Positions 26,685 through 34,733 of a stretch of DNA of 64,000 bases are shown piece after piece; the first letter of the stretch is position 1; the number at the start of each line of letters is the position of its first letter. This stretch comes from Patescibacteria group bacterium (GTDB lineage Bacteria; Patescibacteriota; Patescibacteriia; Patescibacteriales; JAQTRU01), in NCBI GenBank assembly GCA_041645555.1, contig JBAZPX010000004.1:10334-74333 (forward strand). The letters are read 5' to 3'. The notes beneath the pieces are model-generated. The model was not told the DNA's origin. It saw only the letters and a program-made list of their open reading frames with translations, and searched no databases. The position numbers were made by a program, and so were the translations under genes.

Positions 26685-27140
26685 TTAATTTCTCTTTTTA
26701 TAAAAAATTAAGGCTAGTCCCAAAACTCCGCCCACTATCATCGCATCTGCAATATTAAAGACCGTAAAATATTTCAGGTCTAAATAATCAACCACAAATC
26801 CATACCTTAAACGATCTAGCATATTACTTATAGCACCAAATATAATAAATGTCAAGAGGGCGACCTTACCCCACTCCTGCCTTTGCCCTAAAAACAGCAG
26901 TTCATACAGCAAAAAAATGATTATCAGGATAATCAGAATATTCAAAAAAATTCCGGAAAGGGGCAGGGAAAAGGCGATATTATAATTAGGGATAAAATTA
27001 AATTTAAAAAAATCTCCGGCAATTGAAATAGATTTATCAAAATAACCGCCATAAGCTAAAAATTTAAAAAACCGGTCTAAGATAACAAAAAACATGGCCA
27101 ATAAAATCCAGGAAGCCATGTTTTTTTTGTATTTTAACAT
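26685..27140 (-). CDS. lspA: lipoprotein signal peptidase II
   Basis: Four TM helices, NIAFSL (NxGAAF-like) and FNIADAMI motifs. The start is ambiguous (Met at 27140 or 27119); the longest ORF would overlap the upstream gene. Confidence 0.75.
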   Translation of the reverse strand: MLKYKKNMASWILLAMFFVILDRFFKFLAYGGYFDKSISIAGDFFKFNFIPNYNIAFSLPLSGIFLNILIILIIIFLLYELLFLGQRQEWGKVALLTFIIFGAISNMLDRLRYGFVVDYLDLKYFTVFNIADAMIVGGVLGLALIFYKKRN

Positions 27141-27151
27141 AAAAGCAAAAT

Positions 27152-27553
27152 TTAACTGTTTTGCAGTTTGGTTTTGCATTCCACGCAAGCGCTCGCTACC
27201 GGCCGGGCCAGCATTCTCTTTTTGCCAATCGGATTTTTACAATACTTGCAGATGCCGTAAGTGCCTTTTTCTATTCTGTCTAAGGAATTTTCAATATCGC
27301 GCAAAGTATTTTCCAAAACTTTTTCCGTGGCTAAATTAGTGGTATATTCACCGATTTCCTGCGCGTTCTCATCCGGTTTTTCGCCGTAATCGGGAAATAA
27401 GGCTTTATGCTCATCTTTATCATGCTTATCTTTGCCGGTTATATCTCCCAAATCCTCTAATATCTGCCTTTTTCTGGTTAGCAAATCCTTTCTTATCCCC
27501 TCAAGGGTCTTTTTATCTATGTCATTATCTCCTTGTTTTTTCACCGCTGTCAT
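27152..27553 (-). CDS. DksA/TraR-family C4 zinc-finger protein
   Basis: C-terminal CKYCKNPIGKKRMLARPVASACVECK preceded by a coiled-coil region. Confidence 0.7.
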   Translation of the reverse strand: MTAVKKQGDNDIDKKTLEGIRKDLLTRKRQILEDLGDITGKDKHDKDEHKALFPDYGEKPDENAQEIGEYTTNLATEKVLENTLRDIENSLDRIEKGTYGICKYCKNPIGKKRMLARPVASACVECKTKLQNS

Positions 27554-27750
27554 ATGTTTGCTTTCGGTTCGACTGCTCTAGTCTTGAACCGCTCTAAATT
27601 AAAATAAAAACCAATAATATATTGGTCAATTTGACTAACTCCAGTATACCTCAAATCCAATTTTTTGGCAAGGGTTTTTGCCAAAATAAACTCCGCCCAA
27701 GTTTCCTGTAGAAGCAAGACTTTATACGGGATGGACGGGACTTAAAAAAC

Positions 27751-28452
27751 CTATTTTGGCAATTTTGAAAAGAGGGGCCGGTACATATCCTCTTGAATAT
27801 CAATATGCAGTTCCTGGCGGTTAATTTTATCGCAAAATTCAATCGGCGCCTTTTCAATAATTGCCAAGGGTTGCTGTTCGTCCCCTTCGCCCATTACGAA
27901 AACGGCAGCCGTGGCCAGACTGTCAGCGACATCGGTGCGGGAAAATTTAAATTTTCTCCCGAAAATATCAGGTGTGCCGCGATAGTCTTTAATTCCGCGG
28001 AAACCAGCATATCCAAGAGCCACTCCGGTTACACCAGCCCGGAGAGGTATCGTGCGGCTGTCGGTAATAAGAACGCCTAGTTGCTTAACGCCGTATTCTT
28101 TCTGCAATTTTTTGCGCAAAAGACGGGCGGTATTAAAACTGTCTTTTGGCAAAAGTATGAGTTTGCCCTTGGCGTTAGATTCGTCAATTCCGGCCGAAGC
28201 CATTACCATGCCGTCTTTAATAGTAAGCCAAACATACTTAGTCGGTATGGCCAGCTCGCTTTCGGCGCGAATCAACTTTTCTTTAGTCTTATTATTTTTT
28301 ACGACAGCCGTTCGTTTTTCTGCCAAAGCGACAATCTTAGAGGTAACAACAACCACGGACCGCTCCGGAAGCTTCTTAAAATAAAGCATGATGAAAGTAA
28401 AGAGGCCCTCGCCTTCTTGAAAGACACGAGTTTTAATCGGTTTGATAATCAT
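27751..28452 (-). CDS. CofE-like (F420-0:gamma-glutamyl ligase family) protein
   Basis: VVVVTSKIVALAEKR..SAGIDESNA..ITDSRT.PLR.G..GVALGYAG..DYRG..D.FGR family pattern. Confidence 0.6.
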   Translation of the reverse strand: MIIKPIKTRVFQEGEGLFTFIMLYFKKLPERSVVVVTSKIVALAEKRTAVVKNNKTKEKLIRAESELAIPTKYVWLTIKDGMVMASAGIDESNAKGKLILLPKDSFNTARLLRKKLQKEYGVKQLGVLITDSRTIPLRAGVTGVALGYAGFRGIKDYRGTPDIFGRKFKFSRTDVADSLATAAVFVMGEGDEQQPLAIIEKAPIEFCDKINRQELHIDIQEDMYRPLFSKLPK

Positions 28453-29120
28453 ATTTTGTTGGTTAATAGCGCATGATTTTCTTTATTATGTTCTTGAAGC
28501 AAATAAATACCAATATAGCAAAGCGGGGTATAGAGCGCGCCCATCGCTACTTTATAAAGCCACCAGGAGATAATTATACTGATGAGAGTACGGGTTGAGT
28601 ACACGCCCGCGAACGCTATGACCATAAAGACTGTCGCATCAAGCAGCTGCGACCAAAGATTGGATAGAAGCGAGCGCAGCCAGAAATATTTTATTTTTAA
28701 TTTCTCGCGAAAAAAGAAAAAAGAAAAAACGTCCTGATACCCAGCGATTAGAAACGCCGCGAGCGAAGCAATGGCCATGCGCACCGAGACGCCAAAAATC
28801 TGATTATACCCCTGCCTTGCCCATTCGCCGTCAGCCGACCAGGGCAGAGCCAGCGACAGAAACGAATAGGCGATGAACAACGCCGTGCTGATAAACCCGA
28901 TCTTAACAAATAATTTTGCCGCGGGCCGGCCGTAAACTTCCCCGATAACATCGGTCATAAGAAACACAACCGGAAAAGAAAATACCGCGACCGACAGATG
29001 GGAGCCGAAGATAAACGGCATTATCTTTAGCCCGAGAGTGTTCGCCGCGAAAAGCGAAGTTAAATATATAGCCAGCGCAATTAGTAATTTTTTGAAAGAA
29101 TGTTCAGTAAGTTGAATCAT
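28449..29120 (-). CDS. yhhQ: queuosine-precursor transporter YhhQ (VUT family)
   Basis: Six TM helices and FPVVFLMTDVIGEVYG motif. 4-nt overlap with the downstream cofE-like gene. Confidence 0.7.
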   Translation of the reverse strand: MIQLTEHSFKKLLIALAIYLTSLFAANTLGLKIMPFIFGSHLSVAVFSFPVVFLMTDVIGEVYGRPAAKLFVKIGFISTALFIAYSFLSLALPWSADGEWARQGYNQIFGVSVRMAIASLAAFLIAGYQDVFSFFFFREKLKIKYFWLRSLLSNLWSQLLDATVFMVIAFAGVYSTRTLISIIISWWLYKVAMGALYTPLCYIGIYLLQEHNKENHALLTNKI

Positions 29121-29150
29121 AACTATAATTTTTTAAGTTAATAAGACAAA

Positions 29151-29176
29151 CAAAAAACCGCCCGATAGGGCGGGAG
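29151..29176 (-). terminator. intrinsic terminator inside the yhhQ 5' leader (possible attenuator/riboswitch expression platform)
   Basis: Minus strand reads ctcccgccc-tatc-gggcgg-tttttt, ~35 nt upstream of ATG 29120. Confidence 0.45.
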
Positions 29177-29378
29177 CAAATATAAAAATCAACTCTTGCC
29201 CTACCGGTTGAGAAAGACCTTGTAAATAAAACCAGACCAGGTTTTTATTAAATGATTGTAAAGCATAAAAGTTGAATCACATAAAAAATTTTAGCATGTT
29301 TATAATAACCCTGCTTTCGTTCGTCTTTGCGGACTGTGTCCGCCGTAGTCGATCCCGCTTGAGCGGGAGAGGCGAAGG

Positions 29379-29452
29379 CGGAGCGGACGGGACTCGGACC
29401 CGCGACCTCCTGCGTGACAGGCAGGCGTTCTAACCAACTGAACTACCGCTCC
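29379..29452 (-). tRNA. tRNA-Asp (GTC)
   Basis: Reverse complement: acceptor GGAGCGG/CCGCTCC, anticodon arm CCTGC-CTGTCAC-GCAGG, T arm GCGGG-TCCGAGT-CCCGT. Confidence 0.85.
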
Positions 29453-29583
29453 AAAATAAAAATAGTTTTTCAACTATTAAAAATCCTTAGCTAAACAATA
29501 ACAAAAAATAAGGTAATAGTCAATATAAGCCAATATAAAAAATCCCGCCAGAATTCAGCGGGATTTCAAAAGACTCTTTTTTA

Positions 29584-29934
29584 CTAATTTGGGATCATGA
29601 ACTTGCCACAACGGCACTTTACTAATTTCCTCTCTCCCATGCCATCAATATCAACGGTGATTGTGGGATTCGGAGAATGTCCACAATACCAGCATTGGCC
29701 GTCGTAATCTCTGGCATAAGACAGGCCGCAAAATTCTGAATAGCTTATTCTTGGTTTCTCCGGCGCTTTTGGCTTTGCTGGTTCCTTTTTCCGGAAAAAG
29801 GAAAGCGGAATCGGCGTGGTTGAACCGATTGGAAAAAATTTTTCGCCGCACACATAGCCGAAACGGCGGCCACCGTCTTTTGGCATCTTACCATTGTGCG
29901 TAATTACTATGATCTGCGCTCCAGCGTCTGACAT
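29584..29934 (-). CDS. hypothetical small Cys-containing protein (zinc-ribbon-like C-terminus)
   Basis: 116 aa. CWYCGH...CRCG. G+C-richer than the surroundings. A G9 tract lies 4 nt upstream of the ATG. Confidence 0.45.
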   Translation of the reverse strand: MSDAGAQIIVITHNGKMPKDGGRRFGYVCGEKFFPIGSTTPIPLSFFRKKEPAKPKAPEKPRISYSEFCGLSYARDYDGQCWYCGHSPNPTITVDIDGMGERKLVKCRCGKFMIPN

Positions 29935-29938
29935 GCTA

Positions 29939-29947
29939 CCCCCCCCC
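29939..29947. repeat. homopolymer C9 (G9 on the coding strand) 4 nt upstream of the start codon
   Basis: Read directly: gacatgcta-ccccccccc-tg. Confidence 0.9.
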
Positions 29948-30135
29948 TGTTTAAGAGAAAAATGAACAATTTTTCTTTACCTTAAACCATTATTTTTAAA
30001 ATGTCAACTGAAAAATAATTTTCCCTTGACCTTTCTTCTGGATTATGTTAATTTTATAATATTCTAATAACTTAATATCTAATGACCTTTTCTTGGATAT
30101 GGCTTGGCGCCCATTTCTCGGATAAGGCAAAAACT

Positions 30136-30525
30136 ATGCTTACCAGAAAAGACAAGCAAAAAATCATCGCTAAATTCAGAACCCATGATAATGACACGGG
30201 TTCGCCCCAGGTCCAGATTGCAATTTTAACTGAAGAAATTAAGCAACTGACCGAACATTTAAAAAACCATAAGCATGACCATTCTTCCCGGCGCGGACTT
30301 TTAAAGAAGGTCGGGGAAAGAAGAAGATTATTAAAATATCTGCAGAAGGAAGATGAAAAATCTTTTAAGGATTTAACAGGCCGGCTTAAATTAAAAATCG
30401 CCAAAAGAATGCAGGAAGAGGAAGACGAAAGAATAAGGATAGAAGAAGAACTGAATAAAAAAGATGAAATAAAAGTAGAGGAAGAAGAAGCGGTTGAGCC
30501 GGCTAAAGAAGACGAAGAAGAATAA
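30136..30525 (+). CDS. rpsO: 30S ribosomal protein S15 with a ~40-aa acidic C-terminal extension
   Basis: ORF trimmed to MLTRKDKQKII. GSPQVQIAILTEEI..L..HLK.HKHDHSSRRGLL then ..EEEDERIRIEEE..EEEE. Confidence 0.85.
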   Translation: MLTRKDKQKIIAKFRTHDNDTGSPQVQIAILTEEIKQLTEHLKNHKHDHSSRRGLLKKVGERRRLLKYLQKEDEKSFKDLTGRLKLKIAKRMQEEEDERIRIEEELNKKDEIKVEEEEAVEPAKEDEEE

Positions 30526-30601
30526 TTCTAGGAAATCCCGTTTTTTCAGATTATTAACCTAATATCTAATAAGAAGTTACACGGTTCGCCAAATTTTAAT
30601 T

Positions 30602-30698
30602 CCCACAAATCAACAAATCTTTTCACAAATTTACAAATACGCTATAAAACGTTTCTACAAAAATTTGTAAATTTGTAATAAATTCGTAATTTGTAAAG
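30602..30698. repeat. TACRAAT hairpin element, copy E2
   Basis: cccacaaatcaacaaat..cacaaatttacaaatac / ctacaaaaatttgtaaatttgtaataaattcgtaatttgtaaag. It ends 1 nt before ATG 30700. Confidence 0.75.
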
Positions 30699-30699
30699 T

Positions 30700-31194
30700 A
30701 TGATAAAGCATGAAGAACAGCGGGTGGGTGTTTTTGTTGATGTGTCCAACATGTACCATTCCGCCAAGAATCTTTACAGTAAGAAAGTTAATTTCAAAGA
30801 AATCCTGAAAGATGCGGTGGCCGGGCGGAAACTAATCCGGGCTACCGCTTATGTTATAAAAACGGAAAGTGAGGAAGAATTGCACTTTTTTGAGGCCTTA
30901 AGCCAGCAGGGCTTTGAAGTCAGGATGAAAGACTTGCAGATTTTTGCCGGGGGCATAAAAAAAGCGGACTGGGACGTAGGCATAGCGGTTGACGCCATAA
31001 AGTTAGGAGATAAGCTTGACGTCATAATTTTAGTTTCAGGAGACGGCGATTATTTGCCCTTAATGAGTTATCTGCAAAATACCAAGGGGTGCCTGGTGGA
31101 AGTAATGGCTTTCCGGCAGACCGCCTCTTCAAAATTAATAGAAGAGTCAGACGATTTCACAAATTTAAGCGATAATAGAAAATATCTAAGATAA
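30700..31194 (+). CDS. NYN-domain (LabA/DUF88-like, PIN-related) putative RNase
   Basis: VGVFVDVSNMYHSA..ATAYV..DWDVGIAVDAI...DVIILVSGDGDYLPL. Confidence 0.75.
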   Translation: MIKHEEQRVGVFVDVSNMYHSAKNLYSKKVNFKEILKDAVAGRKLIRATAYVIKTESEEELHFFEALSQQGFEVRMKDLQIFAGGIKKADWDVGIAVDAIKLGDKLDVIILVSGDGDYLPLMSYLQNTKGCLVEVMAFRQTASSKLIEESDDFTNLSDNRKYLR

Positions 31195-31200
31195 TAACTC

Positions 31201-31292
31201 CTACAAATTACGAATTTATTACGAATTTACAAATATAATATAAAACGTTTTAATGAAAATTCGTAAATTTGTATAAGATTTGTAATTCGTAG
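31201..31292. repeat. TACRAAT hairpin element, copy E3
   Basis: ctacaaattacgaatttattacgaatttacaaata / aattcgtaaatttgtataagatttgtaattcgtag. Confidence 0.8.
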
Positions 31293-31326
31293 ATAATAAA
31301 TTACTAATTAACTAATTACTAACTTA

Positions 31327-31389
31327 CCTTGGCCGTTAGATAGATAGCGCTGTGAGTGCTCCTCATAGTTCTGTAATCTAGCGGTCAGG
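31327..31389 (+). promoter_or_regulatory. pnp 5' leader stem-loop
   Basis: ccttggccgttagat (31327-31341) pairs with atctagcggtcagg (31376-31389). The pairing includes three G-U pairs that work only on the + (mRNA) strand. It ends 9 nt before the ATG. Confidence 0.45.
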
Positions 31390-31398
31390 ACTAAAAAA

Positions 31399-33678
31399 AT
31401 GAAACAAGAAGAACAAGTTTTTGAAACGAAGTGGCTTGACCGCCCACTCACTATTAAAACGGGCAAATTAGCTAAACAGGCAGATGCCGCCGTTACCGTC
31501 CAGTACGGGGAAACGGTAGTTATGGCTACGGTCGTGGAATCAAAAGGAGAAAGAGAGGGAATTGATTATTTCCCTTTGATGGTCGATTTTGAAGAACGGC
31601 TTTATGCCGCCGGAATTATTAAGGGTTCGCGCTGGATAAAAAGAGAAGGCCGGCCTTCGGATGAGGCGGTTTTAACCGGCCGGATGATAGACCGGGCAAT
31701 CCGGCCTCTTTTTAACGAAGCGTCCCGAAAAGACGTCCAGGTTATTATTACGGTCCTGTCCGTTGACCAGGAAAACGATTATGATATCGCTTCTTTAGTC
31801 GCCGCTTCCGCGGCCCTGTCTATTGCCGGCGTTAATTGGAACGGTCCGATTGCCGGTATAAGGGTCGGCCGTCTTGAGGGCAAATTTATTTTTAATCCGA
31901 CCTATGAAGAAAGAATAAAAAGCGACCTTGATTTAATCGTGGCCGGAACAGAGAAAAAAGTAATAATGCTAGAAGCCGGAGCGAGCGAAGTAAAAGAAGA
32001 AGAAATAGAAAAAGCTATTATGGCCGGGCAGAAGAATCTTCAGGAAGCGATAAAGTTAATTAAAAAAATGGTTAGCGCAGTTAAGCCAGAAGCAAAAATA
32101 GCCAAAAATAAATTAAAAAGCCAGGAAGAGATAGAAGCGGAAAAAGAAAAAGAAAAACTATTCACGGAAACGAAAAAATGGCTTAAAGAAAATATCGCTC
32201 CGATTCTTTTTGATAAAACTTATTATACTAAAGGAGAGAGAAAAGCAGCTGTCAAAGCGATTGAGGAAAAACTGGACGAATATCTTTTCTCGTCCGGCAT
32301 CGGACGCGACCGCCGGCAGGAAATAATTAAAAAACTGGTTTCTCCGGCAGTTGAAGCTGAGGTCACAACGGCAATTTTAGAAAATAAAAAACGAGTTGAC
32401 GGAAGGAAACTTGATGAAATAAGACCTTTGACGGCCGAAGCCGGGATCCTCCCGCGCAATCACGGTTCCGGACTCTTTTCCCGCGGCGAAACCCAGATTA
32501 TGTCTATTGTCACTTTGGGCGCGCCCGGATTAGAGCAGTCTTTAGAAGGCCTTGAAGGCAACAGTAAAAAAAGATTCATGCACCATTATAATTTTCCGCC
32601 CTATAGCGTCGGTGAAGTAAGCCCCTTGAGAGGAGCGGGCCGAAGAGAAATCGGGCATGGCGCTTTGGCGGAAAAAGCTTTAATGACTCTTATCCCAGCT
32701 AAAGAAGATTTTCCCTATACGATCAGATTGGTGAGCGAAACCCTTGGTTCAAACGGATCTTCTTCTATGGGCTCAACTTGCGCCTCCAGCTTAGCCATGA
32801 TGGACGCCGGCGTGCCAATTAAAAAAGCCGTAGCCGGAATTGCTATGGGCCTGGCTTCTAACGCCGACATGAGCCAATGGGAAATATTAACCGACATCCA
32901 GGATTTAGAAGACGGTAAAGGCGGCATGGACTTTAAAGTCGCCGGGACTCGAGACGGTTTAACCGCCATTCAGCTTGATACTAAAACCGACGGTCTGTCT
33001 GAAGAAATAATTAAAAAAACTTTAAAGCAGGGAAGGATAGCTTTAGATAAAGTTTTGGCAGTTATGGAAAAAGAGATTAAGGAACCGCGGCCGGAACTGT
33101 CTAAATACGCTCCCCGCATTATTTCTTTCCGCATTGATCCGGAGAAAATCGGTTCAGTTATCGGTCCGGGCGGAAAAATTATTAATAAAATAATCGCGGA
33201 AACGGAAGTAACGATTGATATCGAAGACGACGGCTTAGTGATGATTTGCGGCCTTAACCCGGAAAAATGCCAGGAAGCGGCTAAGCAGGTAAAAGACATA
33301 GTCCGGGAATTCGCGGCCGGAGAAATCTTTACCGGCAAAGTTGTCCGGATGCTTGATTTCGGAGCCTTCATTGAATTAGTCCCGGGCCATGACGGCATGG
33401 CGCACGTGAGCGAACTGGCGCCTTACCGCATCGGCAAGCCAAGCGATTTCTTAAAAGTCGGGGATACAGTCACGGTTAAAATTAAAGAGATAGACGAGCA
33501 GGGCCGGGTTAACTTAACTTTGAAAGGTTTGCCGGAAAACGAGCATCTCTGGAAAGACGGTAAAGGTAAATCTGAAGGCAACGGATTCGGGGGCGGCGAT
33601 GGAAGGCCAAGATTCGGAGGCGGAGGCGGACGAGACAAATTCTCCGGACGCGGAGGCGGAGGCGGACGAAGGTTCTAA
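31399..33678 (+). CDS. pnp: polynucleotide phosphorylase with a Gly/Arg-rich C-terminal tail
   Basis: 759 aa. Two RNase PH domains, KH and S1 (FTGKVVRMLDFGAFIEL). Tail GGGDGRPRFGGGGGRDKFSGRGGGGGRRF. Confidence 0.9.
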   Translation: MKQEEQVFETKWLDRPLTIKTGKLAKQADAAVTVQYGETVVMATVVESKGEREGIDYFPLMVDFEERLYAAGIIKGSRWIKREGRPSDEAVLTGRMIDRAIRPLFNEASRKDVQVIITVLSVDQENDYDIASLVAASAALSIAGVNWNGPIAGIRVGRLEGKFIFNPTYEERIKSDLDLIVAGTEKKVIMLEAGASEVKEEEIEKAIMAGQKNLQEAIKLIKKMVSAVKPEAKIAKNKLKSQEEIEAEKEKEKLFTETKKWLKENIAPILFDKTYYTKGERKAAVKAIEEKLDEYLFSSGIGRDRRQEIIKKLVSPAVEAEVTTAILENKKRVDGRKLDEIRPLTAEAGILPRNHGSGLFSRGETQIMSIVTLGAPGLEQSLEGLEGNSKKRFMHHYNFPPYSVGEVSPLRGAGRREIGHGALAEKALMTLIPAKEDFPYTIRLVSETLGSNGSSSMGSTCASSLAMMDAGVPIKKAVAGIAMGLASNADMSQWEILTDIQDLEDGKGGMDFKVAGTRDGLTAIQLDTKTDGLSEEIIKKTLKQGRIALDKVLAVMEKEIKEPRPELSKYAPRIISFRIDPEKIGSVIGPGGKIINKIIAETEVTIDIEDDGLVMICGLNPEKCQEAAKQVKDIVREFAAGEIFTGKVVRMLDFGAFIELVPGHDGMAHVSELAPYRIGKPSDFLKVGDTVTVKIKEIDEQGRVNLTLKGLPENEHLWKDGKGKSEGNGFGGGDGRPRFGGGGGRDKFSGRGGGGGRRF

Positions 33679-33726
33679 ATAACAAAATAATATAAAAATA
33701 AAATAATAAAATAAAATTTGTATAAA

Positions 33727-33764
33727 CGTAGGGGCAGCACAATATGCTGCCCCTACGTGTTTTT
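33727..33764 (+). terminator. intrinsic terminator after pnp
   Basis: cgtaggggcagca-caata-tgctgcccctacg followed by tgttttt. Confidence 0.75.
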
Positions 33765-33798
33765 ATACTATTTTGTTATTCTCTATTTTATCTCCTTA

Positions 33799-33838
33799 CT
33801 TGACATAATGTTTAAAGTATGATATGATTAAATATTAA
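33799..33838 (+). promoter_or_regulatory. sigma70-type promoter, cassette A (40-nt copy identical to 35740-35779)
   Basis: TTGACA (33800-33805), 17-nt spacer, TATGAT (33823-33828). Confidence 0.65.
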
Positions 33839-33899
33839 TTGTACATTACATTTCATAACAATTTTTTATAGCACAACAATTTTTCTGATGAGGTGTGAG

Positions 33900-34124
33900 A
33901 TGAAAGACTGGCGAGACGTACTGCTCCTAATTTTAGTCGTTTTTGTCATCGCCTCAACTGTGATGACTGTCTTTGGATTGTATTTGCCGATGTATTTGCC
34001 TCATTTAACTATGGCGAAAACATTCCCCATCATAGCAAAATTTTCCCAGATATGGAGCTTCGGATTTATGCTTATGGGGGTCATCCGTCTTATACATTAC
34101 TTAAGTACAAAAATGAAGGAGTAA
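33900..34124 (+). CDS. small membrane protein (74 aa), cassette A only
   Basis: SD gaggtg upstream of ATG 33900. Two or three hydrophobic helices. Confidence 0.45.
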   Translation: MKDWRDVLLLILVVFVIASTVMTVFGLYLPMYLPHLTMAKTFPIIAKFSQIWSFGFMLMGVIRLIHYLSTKMKE

Positions 34125-34169
34125 AACTGTAAACTGCTGATAATCCGTTGGAAAACCAAGGAGGAGAAC

Positions 34170-34634
34170 GTGAAAAAGAGACTGCAAATCCGCATGCAAA
34201 CCGACAACAACAGCGTTCGGGCCAGCCAGGCCGGTATTAACCGCTATTATGAGGGAAAATACCTTATTTCCGATATTACTTCGATAACCGACGTCTTCTG
34301 CGGCTCCACCATCGCCAGTCTTCAAACGACTTTGGCCGCCTGTTGTGCAAATGGCATGAAGCTCCCCTTGCACGAAACCGACCTCAGCAGCCTCGGAACA
34401 ACCGAGGAAATGCCCGCGGCCGATCTCGTCCAGGCGGCTATCCGAGATGCTTTCACCAAAATCAAGAACGGCGGTCACGGTCTTATCTTCTGCGACCTCC
34501 GGACCATTCAGGTGATTATTTCCTCGTTCGGCCTTAATATTATCGACACTCATCCCAGACCCTGCGAAGGTTTCATGTTCGAGCAGGACGACCAGGACGA
34601 AATCACCGTCCCCGGAATCCTCCGGATACTTTAA
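34170..34634 (+). CDS. GC-rich Cys/His-rich protein of unknown family, paralog A (154 aa)
   Basis: SD ccaaggagga plus a GTG start. Shares MKKRLQIR, TDVFCGS, ACCANG, GHGLIF and CEG.M.EQDD..ITV.GIL with paralog B, and many aligned codons differ only at the third position. Confidence 0.7.
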   Translation: MKKRLQIRMQTDNNSVRASQAGINRYYEGKYLISDITSITDVFCGSTIASLQTTLAACCANGMKLPLHETDLSSLGTTEEMPAADLVQAAIRDAFTKIKNGGHGLIFCDLRTIQVIISSFGLNIIDTHPRPCEGFMFEQDDQDEITVPGILRIL

Positions 34635-34665
34635 CTCCACTACCCATCAAACAGATCATGGGCAT

Positions 34666-34717
34666 GGACCGAAGTTGAAAAGCGAGAAACTTTGCTTTTC
34701 AACTTCGGTCCTTTTTT
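34666..34717 (+). terminator. long-stem intrinsic terminator, cassette A
   Basis: ggaccgaagttgaaaagc-gagaaacttt-gcttttcaacttcggtcc followed by tttttt. Confidence 0.8.
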
Positions 34718-34733
34718 ATATTATTTTATTATT

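Noticed and set aside
26366-26758. 130-aa plus-strand ORF spanning the spacer after 26463 and the lspA 3' end
   Set aside because: It overlaps two better-supported genes. Its translation is low-complexity and crosses hairpins and a T9 terminator.
28052-28476. Plus-strand ORFs of 110 and 131 aa
   Set aside because: They are antisense to the well-supported cofE-like gene.
29121-29230. A canonical preQ1-I riboswitch upstream of yhhQ
   Set aside because: I could not find the short P1 stem followed by the A-rich AAAAAACUA-type tail. Only a generic hairpin plus terminator is visible. It is kept as a low-confidence attenuator finding.
34101-34640. 179-aa minus-strand ORF antisense to cassette A. 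The 182/183-aa ORFs at 35753-36327 are likewise antisense to cassette B.
   Set aside because: Long antisense ORFs are expected in G+C-rich DNA. The third-position-only differences between the paralogs fit the plus-strand frame, which also has the SD, promoter and terminator. The minus-strand ORFs have none of these.
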